DNA from: Tubulanus polymorphus
Taxonomy: Eukaryota > Animalia > Nemertea
NCBI RefSeq assembly: GCF_964204645.1
Contig: NC_134030.1
Coordinates: 20,048,210 to 20,112,209 of the forward strand
Direction: 5' to 3'
DNA length: 64,000 nucleotides
Below are positions 1 through 9,950 of this stretch, piece after piece. The notes under the pieces were generated by a model. The model was not told the origin of the DNA, did no database searches, and saw only the letters and a program-made list of their open reading frames with translations. Position 1 is the stretch's first letter. The number at the start of each line of letters is the position of its first letter. The position numbers and the translations under genes were made by a program.

Positions 1-253
1 ATTCTGTTTTGAAGCTGATTAGCGGCCATGCGTTCAAGCATCTTTGTGGCTACAGGTAAGTAAGACAATGATCTATAATTATTCAATTAGTATAGATTTA
101 AAAGTTGTGTTTTTTATCAATTGCTCAACCGAGCATGATTTTAATTAAACAGTTCGTAGGTACAACACCGGTTTCCAAAGAGAGCAATTTATAATTCTAG
201 TAACGATTGGAACAGTAACACACTGTTTTAGAATTGGCGCGGGCAACTAAAGC
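1..253 (-). mobile_element. Degenerate non-LTR retrotransposon ORF2 remnant (tail of the preceding unit)
   Basis: Same sequence as ~10237-10488, which carries the NYRSLSYLP-type RT-upstream motif. Confidence 0.7.
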
Positions 254-1049
254 ATCCCCTTTATACTTCGCAAATCCTGCATCAAAATTGCTCGGAGCAC
301 CACGGAAAAACTGATCATTAACGCGACTAATGGTCAGTAGCGTATGTTCCAAACGAGCGATGGAAATTCACCTATTTCAAACTGGTCATTTATGTGTAAA
401 ATACAAGCACTTGAGAGACCGGCGGATACGCGACATGGACATAATAGCGTAACCTGCATTTTCAAGTGTATTAATGGCTTATGCGAGCTTTCAACTTAAA
501 CTTCGTGTTGGGCGGTGATTTATTGATAGGCCGTCTAGAAGACTGAGAACCGCGTAATTTTTTTTTGAAAAAAACTTTCTTTCAAAATTAATTCTGCAAG
601 ATCTAGCGGTTTGAAATCAAATAATTTCGTTTCGTTGACATTTTCGTCATCTTGAATTGATGCTAATGTAGAAAAGCATTGAATAATGATATTGAGGCTC
701 ATCGTTAATATTCAATGATTCTATAACTAAAATAACGTTCGGGTTGAATGTGTTCTGATGAAATACGTAATGTCTAATGACGAAATTCGTGTGTGAACAA
801 ATTGGAAAAAAAAAACAAAATTGGAATTAATTGGCGCCTTAGGAATTTTGGTAAGCAACGTGGAATCTAGAAATTATTGCTAATTGGAAAACAGATCTTT
901 ATGCAAAAAATCCAAACATATCAAATCTAGAATCGGTTTAGAACTAATTGCGGCAGTAACCAAAAATCCACCTAAAAGAAGTCACAGCGAATTCTCTAAT
1001 TTATCTGATTGGACGAACTGCAATTTGTGTTCGTTATTATTCGACGAAA

Positions 1050-4000
1050 ATGGTTTCGGTTCATTCTGTCGTGTTGATGCTGTTCGGTATGGATCGACTG
1101 AGAGCGCTGTTTATAGCGTCGCTGATCGTCTGGCGAGTTAATATCGCACACGCTGATCTGTCTGACTCTGTGACGGTTTGTTCGTCTTGTAACAACACTT
1201 GGTACCCCGTCGATTCTACGTCCGGTTACATCGTTTCACCGAATTACCCGTCGTTTACGCGAGGTGTTGAATGTCGTTGGTTCGTCAACAGCTCTTTACC
1301 GGGAACTTTCAACATCAAACTATACTACGACATCGAGCCGTCGATATTCTGTAGTGATAACTATCTTCTCGTCGGTGAGTCCGATAACAGATTCTGCGGT
1401 GAAGGAAAACATGGAATCCGCCGTAACGATTCGATGTCGTTGATGTTTAGAAGTAACGTCGATGGTGCGCGGGGTAGTCGGGTTTATATCATATATCGTT
1501 TAGAACGGAACAATTTGAAATTAATTCAAACCTGCGCAAGATACGGTTTAAAAATCAACAAATTACCAACATCGATAGGATATAAGTTTGCTTTGGTGGT
1601 ATGGCAATGTAAATTGTATTTAAAATGGATCGGGATCCCGGATGGGTTTGCTATGAATTTCACGTTTTCGCAGATAGAATTCCAATTATATCCCGGCACT
1701 GATCCAGCGACAACTGTTCAAATTCATGACGGATGGAACAGCAGTGAACTTCTTGCTGTAATACCAGAACAAACCGGACATCCACCTTCATCATTCTATA
1801 CTAAAACTAACAAAGCTATGATCAGTTTGCCACGTGGGCGAAACGTACTTACATCACAATTATCAGTTCAAGTGTATAGAATATCAGATTGGAACGTCTC
1901 TAATCCGTTAATCCAAATCTCTAATAACGAGTCTGGAGTGCTCATTCCTGATGACAACAGTTTACACGTAATAATTCGATCAAAACACTTACACTGCTGG
2001 TCTATCACAGTGCAGGTGTTACAGTACGTCGTCTTCAACTGGGCACGTGATCTCAGCACATCCGGTGACGTCATTGGTGTATATAAACTAGAAGGGTTAC
2101 GCGTTGTAGGAACTGATATTTTACTCGGTTACAACTACCTGGAATCACTGAGTGTTAAATCTGACGGCTTTCTCGTCATACTGTGCGTTTTAATAAGACA
2201 AGGTGTTTTACAGTCGAATGTAAAAATTGAATTTGAATTGAAATCTATTTCCATAAAAGACGTACGAGTGGATAAACGCTTGGTGAGTATTTGTGTGTTT
2301 TAATTTTAAGTTTAGGATTTTATTATGTGTGGATCTCTATTATTAGGTTTCATGCTTAGTTTTGTTTGTGTTCTGAGAACAAAGTGAAAGTCTTCGAAGC
2401 CAACACGAGAAGTTACGCGCACTTTTTCTTGGAGATCCAGATACTATAACTGCATGTGTTAACGATTATTGGGATGATTTAGGGTGGGTTTTTTTTCAAC
2501 TAAAATACTTTATTGGGAAATTTGGATTTTCCACCTGAAGAAGATATTTCATTTTAGCAAATCTTAAAACGTGGCAAAATCATAACTCGATATAGATTTG
2601 GAAATGCTGTTATGTTATTAATACTTAATAAAACTAATGCTGATTTGTTATATTTTGTAGATATCTGGTAACAGAAACAGCTACCGCTTGCCTGCTCAAA
2701 GATTGTTCCCGACGACAAAGAAGACAACATTATCGTATCGCATAAATACATTAGAATATAAACGGAAAGTTGATATCTATGAGGATAGATTAAAACTAAC
2801 AGTTTTATCAGAGACGTGCGAGAGAGCTGGATTTTATATATATGATGGTGGTAATTTTACAGCTAGACGCTATGGTCCGTATTGTCCTGGTCATATAAAC
2901 GGTCGTAGCGTCGTCAGTCTTATTACATCAGGAGGACCGGTTACTGTAGTAGGGTACGCTTATAACTGGGATGATCGGTTGGTAGTTGATTCGGAAGCAT
3001 ATCTAGTATTCGCCCCTACTGATTGTGACGGGTATGTTCTACAGGAAAGAGAAAATCAGATCAATATGACGTCACACTGTCTCGTGATTACACCTGAAAA
3101 CCGACGCCTTCCTTTAGAAAATATTTATATATTATCAGAACACGAATATCAAATTTACACTTGTTCCCGTGGTTTAAATTCGTGTCCTGTTGTTACTCTT
3201 GCAACTCAATTACTGAATAACAGTCTCTTATTGAATCATCTGATGATAAAAGGAAGTAGTTATAGGTTCTGGAGTAATCCACTGATGATTGTACTACGAC
3301 GTAAATGTTTGGTGTTGATGATCTATCAAGATTCCCCGGTACTTACTTCTGATAGTTTTGCATACGTCCCGCCGATGCGAGAAAAATGTGGAGTCGCACA
3401 ATCACCGAACTATCCTGGATATGTTCCACAACGCAGTAAATCAAGTTTGTACTACTCATTTCATTACGACAAACCTTTGAATTATTACATCAGATTCCTT
3501 TTCAAATTTATGGGACACGCCTCGTGCAGCCCTTCTAGTAGTAATGCCGTTCGAGATCAATTATTACTGGCACAGATTATTTCGAAACCTGGTAATCATG
3601 AAACCGGCTTTAGACAGCGTCGCCACGAGAATAAAATATGTGAAAATAACGCAGTACCTGGACTTGTATTGTACAGTCTACTCGGGTATGACGTTTACTT
3701 TGAAGCGAAAAACTATATCCCAATATTCAAAATTCAATACACTTTAGAACAAGCGTCCTTACAAACACATCTGAATAATGACTGCGGATTAGATTTTCTA
3801 GATTCAGGTGTTTCGTGTATCAGATACATCAAACATGAACGTCTGAATTGGGAGAACGCTGAAATGTACTGTCAACAGAAATACGGAGGACATCTTCTCA
3901 GTATCAACTCTGAACATGAAATGATTGCTTTAGAAAAACTGTTCGCTACGAAACTTCTTCAGGAGGCGTATTCACAGGCGGCGCTGATTCTGATGATTGG

Positions 4001-7000
4001 ATTGAAATGGCAGGTAATTTCAAAGTTTCGTTATGAACATGTTTACCAACATTCATTTAGTTTTGAACATGATTTTGAATTTGTTACGTATTCATTCATT
4101 CTCTACTAAAAGTCTAGAATCTTTCATATTAATTGAAACAGATTTCTATTAGTCAACGTGTAAAATATAACATAATCTTAATTTGATGAACTCAATTCAG
4201 ACGCTTGATATAAGTTAGATATCCTAAAGCTAATCGTCATGAACACTTCTAAAACCATTTCGATCAATGAAACTGAATTTATTTTGAACAGGATGATGGT
4301 TATTACACGTGGACTGATGGAAAACCATTGAGCTACACAGAGTGGTTTAAACCTACTATAATAAACGAAACGATACCAGAAGTTATTCAAGGATTGATAT
4401 CACCTCTACGAAAACAACCGATAAATGACGTCAATATGCCGTGTACGGCGATGATTCTGAATAATCCACGAGGATCAGCGAACTGGGTTCGATTCCCGTG
4501 TCAAATCGAGGAGACTCGAACAACTTTCATTTGTGAAAAAGACAAAGATAACTCCTCATCTACTAACAATCACAAATTACCTGTTGCAGAAGAAAACTAT
4601 ACTTATTTTTCGGGGATATTGGAATCAGATAACTCCACGTGTTTAAAGGGATGGATTGGTTTAGAAAGAAATTGCTATCAGATACTTACAGCCTGGGAAA
4701 CTCACATATTGTCAATTCGAGAAGCTGAGAGAATGTGTCATACAATTGGTGGTGAAATAGGTATAGTATCCAATGATGTTATAATTCAGCATTTGATTCA
4801 AATATTTCATTATGAACATCAATACGGTGCTGTTCTAGCAAAGGCTACGGAAAGTGAATTTCTTGCTCTGGATCCAGTTTTGACCAGAGATGAAATAACA
4901 TATATAAAAACGGTGAAATGGTCAGTGACTGCCTTTGATAATGTCACAGATGTAGCGCATTCAGTGCTATGTTCCTACAATGTAACTGATGAAAAGTTGG
5001 CTTCTATAAGTGGTTGTAAATCGTGGCAATTTGAATGTAACGATCACAGATGTATCAGCGATCATCGCGTATGTGATACCAGAAACGACTGTCAACACGG
5101 TGAAGATGAACTCGATTGTTCGGATTCAATCTTGCGCAGTCAGTTCCACTGTACCGATGGAAGAATTATATCAGTTAGTAATTTGTGTGATTTTGTACGA
5201 GATTGCGCTGACGGATCTGATGAGAACTCGTGCTATCATACTTCATGTTCCTCTGAACAGTTTAAGTGTAGCAATGGACAATGCGTGGGTAAATATAATC
5301 GATGTGATGGACTGGTTGATTGTAAAGATAAATCTGATGAGATCGGCTGCTCTTCGGATAAATGTAACGGGTTTCTGTGCGTAAATGGTGAATGCATCAG
5401 TTCTCTGTTGTATCGGGATGGCGTTGTAGATTGTGCTGGTAGCCTCGAAGAAGATGAGATTGTCGCCAACATAACAGTTACACCAAAGGTTCACTGTACT
5501 ACAGAGAACTACTGTACGACTAATTTCACAAACTTATGTAAGAAATCCGATGAACAAAGATGTTCTTTCGATTCTCCTCATTGTTATTCTAGACGTCACA
5601 GGTGCATTTTAGAAAGGATGTCGATTGGTTACCCGGTATGTAGAAGGCTCGAACATATACAAGGTTGTGCTGATTTCAAATGTCCAGCTGGTGCTGCAAA
5701 ATGTCCAGCATCTTACTGTATACCGATGGGACAGGTGTGCGATGGTCGATCCGATTGTCCTAACTCAGAAGATGAGCGAAACTGCAAGACTTTGTCATGT
5801 CCTGGCTTGTTTAAATGTGGCCAGGAAAACCGATGCATACCTCAATCTGAAGTTTGTGATGGTGTCGTCAATTGTAAACAGACCACTGATGACGAAGCGT
5901 TCTGTGACGTCATATGTCCAAAGGACTGTAAATGTCAAGGTCATTTGATAGATTGCGATCATGCTGGTTTCGTAGAAATTACTGATCTTTTCTCGGCATC
6001 AACTCGAGTTCTGATTTTGTCAAGAAACCAAGTTGTATTCAATGAGTCAACATTTTCTTCGTACCTCTATTTACATTTCCTTAATATTTCACGTAACAAT
6101 TTGTCTTATATTGTTCCAAACGCGTTCTCAAACCTGCATAATCTACATACATTAGATCTTACCTATAACCGCATAATATCATTTACCGAGAATACATTCG
6201 CCGGTTTGTATAGTTTGAAAAAACTTTTGTTTTTTGGAAATCCAGTGAGATATTTAAAAGAAGGCAGTTTTCATGGTTTAAAGTCATTGAGCGTTCTCGA
6301 TCTTCACGGACTTTCCTTGTCATTACTCGGTGGAAATGTGTTCAGTGGTTTATCCACTTTAGAGTCGTTAAATGTCAGCAGTAACGTGATCAAATATATT
6401 TCACCAAATGCATTCGCCGGATTAACAAAACTAAGAAATCTGGATTTAACCAAAAATTCTGAAGTCATATCCGTACAAAGAAACGTTTTTGACAGTCTTA
6501 CATTATTGAGTTCGTTGGCTTCTGACGCGTACAAATTTTGTTGCATGGTTCCGAATGTTGACCAGTGTCTCCCGGAAGCCGACCAATTTTCATCTTGTTC
6601 CGACCTGATGGGTAACACTGTTCTTAGAGCAATCATTTGGGCGATCGCTTCATTCAGCTTTTTTGCCAACATAATCGTAATTTTACTCCGCGTTCAAGCG
6701 TTACGCATTTCATCCTCTGAATCACGTAACATATCCTCTGATATCCTAATCATTAATATTGCCACCTGCGATTTTCTCATGTCAATTTATCTTTTTCTGA
6801 TCGCTGGAGCCGATTACGTCTATAAAGGTGTTTATTTCCTCAATTCCGAAATGTGGACAGATAGTTCACTATGTCGACTCGCTGGGATTTTAGTAACTCT
6901 TTCGTGCGAAGGGTCTTTGCTTTTTCTCCTGATTCTAACCCGTCAAAGATACTCGAATATCGTCGATCCATTTTCTGGAAGCCCAATTATATCATCGACA

Positions 7001-7522
7001 TATGTGTCCGGTATTTGCTGTATATGCTGGATCATTTTGGGCAACATTTCAATGCTACCGTTGTCGTCATCTTCTTATTTCGGACATAACTTTTACGGCA
7101 CAACTGGTGTTTGTTTACCTATGAATTTACTATCCATCGATGTCCACGCCTGGCAATATTCATTCGCTATTTTTGCCGTGTTTAACTCGGTCGTACTTGC
7201 TACAATAATGATGACGTATGCACAGATGTATAGACTCGTATCTGGAAGCAGGTCCGGCTCGGGTAGAGCAGATCCTACCGAATTGGTTCTGGCGCGTAGG
7301 AGTTTAGTGATAAATCTGTGTAATTTATTTTGCTGGTTACCGATAATTATCGTTCAGTTTTGCGCTGTATTGCGAGTAGAAATACCGAACCAAGTGGCGG
7401 CTTGGTTGGTGGTACTTTTCCTACCGATTAACTCGTCACTGAATCCACTTCTTTACACCATCCTCACTATTGATGTTAAATCTATTCGGGCCAGAAATAA
7501 ACGCGTTTTGAAAACTCGCTGA
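1050..7522 (+). CDS. GRL101-like LDLa/LRR GPCR with CUB and C-type lectin-like domains, copy 1 (~1938 aa); join(1050..2282,2661..4013,4292..7522)
   Basis: Donor TTG|GTGAGT at 2283, acceptor ttttgtag| at 2660, donor CAG|GTAATT at 4014, acceptor ttgaacag| at 4291; both introns are phase 0 and keep frame. The second junction rebuilds a C-type lectin motif (IGLKWQ|DDGYYTWTDGKPLSYTEW). CUB motifs (SGYIVSPNYP..C.W; CGVAQSPNYPGY), LDLa (CSSEQFKCSNGQCV..CDGLVDCKDKSDE), LRRNT (CPKDCKC), LRRs, LGR hinge (YKFCC..DQFSSCSDLM), 7TM (CWLP, NSSLNPLLY). The real start may be ATG 1089 (MDRLRALF...). Confidence 0.93.
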
Positions 7523-7663
7523 ACCATTCGACAGTCAAACCCTGACTATGCACTCAAATCAGAATGCTGCGAAATCTTTTCAGATGAAATATATTATATA
7601 CATAAACAAATACGTAGCAAACGTGTGGACTCGAGAACGAACTGATACTTGCTTATACGTTCC

Positions 7664-7669
7664 AATAAA
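7664..7669 (+). terminator. Candidate polyadenylation signal of receptor copy 1 (AATAAA merged with an A-run)
   Basis: AATAAA ~140 nt after the stop, present at the same place after every complete receptor copy. Confidence 0.45.
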
Positions 7670-8347
7670 AAAAAAACTGACGACACTTCAAGATAATATC
7701 GCAAAGTAATGAAATCATCGAATGGGTTTCGAATCGTGTCCAGAAATACGACGTAGCGATAAGAATACACGCTAGGAGAGCTGAGTAATGTCATCTAATA
7801 TGAGTTGTAACACCGATTATCCTGACAGTTAATTACGCTTATTTTATATCAGGATGATTTGAAAATTATGTAAGCTGGAAATAAAAGTGCCAAATAGTGG
7901 TACATGTTCTACGTTCATGATCATTTAAACAGTTTCGAGGATTTCTTAGGAATTCTTTTTTGTGACTTTCAAATTTAGGCGGGGGTCGGGGGGGGTTGGG
8001 GGTTCCTCTAAATCTGCCCCTGAAATGTGCCGCATTCTTAGGCAGTTTTTACTCCAAGTCTTCAAATCAGGAGGAATGCATGTATCACAGAGGGCTGCAT
8101 TACGTCACTGCAGAAAATGCGTCTCGTGGAGAGAATGGTGGAAGGCGGGGACTTAACAAAACTGTTTAGATGATATATAAGATGACGCGTTTTTCTGCTT
8201 TCGTGAATATGTATTGTTAAAGGTTTTGAATACATATGGATTTAAAAACTTCTCGCTGCATTTCCCTTTAAGAGGACACCAAGAAGAGTCAATCAATCAC
8301 CAAAGCTGTGCAATTATTTGGTTTTATTTCAATTTGTATTTGAAGAA

Positions 8348-8382
8348 TATATAGTATCGCGCGCAATATTTTTCATTCATTC
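8348..8382 (+). promoter_or_regulatory. Core promoter of knottin gene A: TATA-like box plus initiator
   Basis: TATATAG at 8348 lies 31 nt before the A of TCATTC (8379). The same 31-nt spacing recurs at 20183/20214, 32814/32845, 44942/44973 (CCATTC) and 57265/57296. An ATG-free ~76-nt exon follows, ending in AAG|GTAAGC (8454, 20287, 32920, 45048, 57371). Confidence 0.6.
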
Positions 8383-8481
8383 GTCGACTGTTCTGGCTCG
8401 AGAAAACGAGATATTGTCATTTCGAAAGTATAATACGTTGGAATAGCGACTAAGGTAAGCGTAGTGATAAAATATTCTAAT

Positions 8482-8699
8482 TTAACGATAAAAAATGATA
8501 CCTTGTTTCTTAAAAGCTTAAAAGTTGACCCGGCCGACCGCCGCCTATCTACCCTATACATTATTCTAAAAAAGAAACTATTATCAGCCAATCGACGACA
8601 AGACGCGGCGGCTATTGAAACGAATGGATTACAAATTTAATTGAAATTTACAAAATAATCCGGGCGCTGCGGAGAAACAAGGTGTCATTTTTAGCCTAA
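8482..8699. mobile_element. MITE-like element in intron 1 of the knottin gene (also ~20315-20532, ~32948-33165, ~45076-45294, ~57399-57617)
   Basis: Terminal inverted repeat AAAAATGATACCTTGTTTCT (8491-8510) versus AGAAACAAGGTGTCATTTTT (8673-8692), 19/20 match, enclosing ~160 bp of non-coding sequence. Confidence 0.6.
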
Positions 8700-8810
8700 A
8701 AATAATATACCCCGATACGTACAGCAACAATTTCAGTAACCGGAATCTAAAATATATTTTTGAAAATGCCAAATTGCAAATATATTTTATTCAAATTCTA
8801 GGCGAAGAAA

Positions 8811-9486
8811 ATGCTTGCTTACACAATGACTCGCATATGTGCTTTTGCTGCGATTGTGGCCAGTGCCGTGGCGTTTGGTGAGTTAAGACTGGGAAAATAA
8901 TACTCAGCTTCATAGGATTTCATAAATGATATAATTCAATTCGCAGCAATTATCAGTAAACATTTAGTATGCGTTTATCGACGGAACGAATTGATTTGAC
9001 AGATATATTTCACAAAATAACACATATACATTATGACAAAAACCCTGTTAATTGACGTGCAACATATTGTTATTATACACATGGATTTTTTTAACACCCT
9101 GGCCCGCTAAGCGCCACGCTAGAAGCGGGTTCGATGTTTCTTTTTCCCAATACCCACATCAGAGAAGAACCTCCGACCAAGAAACTCTGCCGCCTCCAGG
9201 GTTTGAACCCATGAACCCTGGATTGATGAGAGCAGTGTCAGGCGGCTTATACCAATCGGCCACTGCGCCTCTCATCTGTTATCCTCATCGGGATCATCAT
9301 TATAGTCCTACATCTGGGGCGGGAGTTCCATTATTTCTTCAATTTAGGTAAAAACGTCTTTCACATCAAAATTCAATTTTTAATTTCATGCTTTTCGAAA
9401 ATATAGATTCCCATCCAAACGGCAGGACGTGTGACGATGACCTTAAGTGTTGCAACAACACCTGTAGAGCTAGTTTTTGTTCCTGA
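8811..9486 (+). CDS. Secreted knottin (ICK)-like peptide A, Cys1->Ser variant, 48 aa; join(8811..8877,9407..9486): MLAYTMTRICAFAAIVASAVAF-DSHPNGRTCDDDLKCCNNTCRASFCS
   Basis: Acceptor ttctag| at 8801, then AAA-ATG, a hydrophobic signal peptide, phase-1 donor G|GTGAGT at 8878, acceptor aatatag| at 9406, TGA 9484-9486, AATAAA at 9656 and 9672. Only 5 Cys in the mature region. Confidence 0.75.
9086..9271 (-). mobile_element. tRNA-derived SINE-like element in intron 2 of knottin gene A
   Basis: Minus strand reads GAGGCGCAGTGGCCGATTGGTATAAG (A box; TGGCCGAGTGG in most other copies)...GGGTTCAAACCC (B box), then ~100 bp body and an A7 tail. Confidence 0.7.
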
Positions 9487-9671
9487 TCGTTGAGTACAAA
9501 GGTTTATAACGGGATATACTCGTAATGGTTTGGGAAATATATCCGATTATGAAACTGAACGACAGTCAGTTTTACTGACTAGGCCGTGTACAAAAAAGCT
9601 CGCACTGAATTTATATTTGTTACCGATTCTTCATATCTTGTACTAAATTTGATTCAATAAAACTGCGAGTA

Positions 9672-9677
9672 AATAAA
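9672..9677 (+). terminator. Polyadenylation signal of the knottin gene
   Basis: This AATAAA is kept in all five copies and is followed by a GT-rich tract (ttgtcgggttgttgactgttt). A second upstream hexamer is AATAAA or ATTAAA in four copies. Confidence 0.6.
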
Positions 9678-9950
9678 TCAATTGTCGGGTTGTTGACTGT
9701 TTATGATTCATCGGTCAGAGTTTTCAAAAGTGATCAGAAGTGCCATTCCATCGGCGGTGAAGAACATTCATCGTCAATTAAAAAAGACTACTCGTAAGCA
9801 AAAGTCCAAAATCTCCCTAATCAATTATTTCAGTCCCAGGGTTTAAATGTTTCATATGCATCCATCCATTAAGATATTTAGAGTTTTCTGTCCTAGTTCC
9901 CGATCGGCGATTTTCTTGTGACGTCACTCAACCTCGTATGAAACTGAGGA

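Noticed and set aside
884-1141. Upstream overlapping ORF (also 36134, 60816)
   Set aside because: Starts at TTG, is not intact in all copies, has no motif and overlaps the receptor start in another frame.
2283-2303. Treating the three large ORFs per unit as three separate genes
   Set aside because: The ORF tails run into introns and the later ORFs start at TTG/GTG; GT-AG sites join them in frame and restore a split lectin domain.
4014-4109. Conserved 31-codon read-through into intron 2 as a secreted decoy isoform
   Set aside because: Conservation is explained by recent duplication, and the product would end in half a lectin domain. Needs transcript evidence.
5010-7089. Short alternative-frame and antisense ORFs inside exon 3
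   Set aside because: Shadow ORFs of the real coding frame, recurring only because the unit is duplicated.
8084-8270. Possible DNA element bounded by (T)ACAGAGGG...CCCT(G/T)TAA just upstream of the knottin TATA box
   Set aside because: The inverted match is too short and imperfect to support.
9052-9351. 99-aa ORF (also 34075-34374)
   Set aside because: TTG start, lies antisense across the SINE in knottin intron 2, and is broken in other copies.
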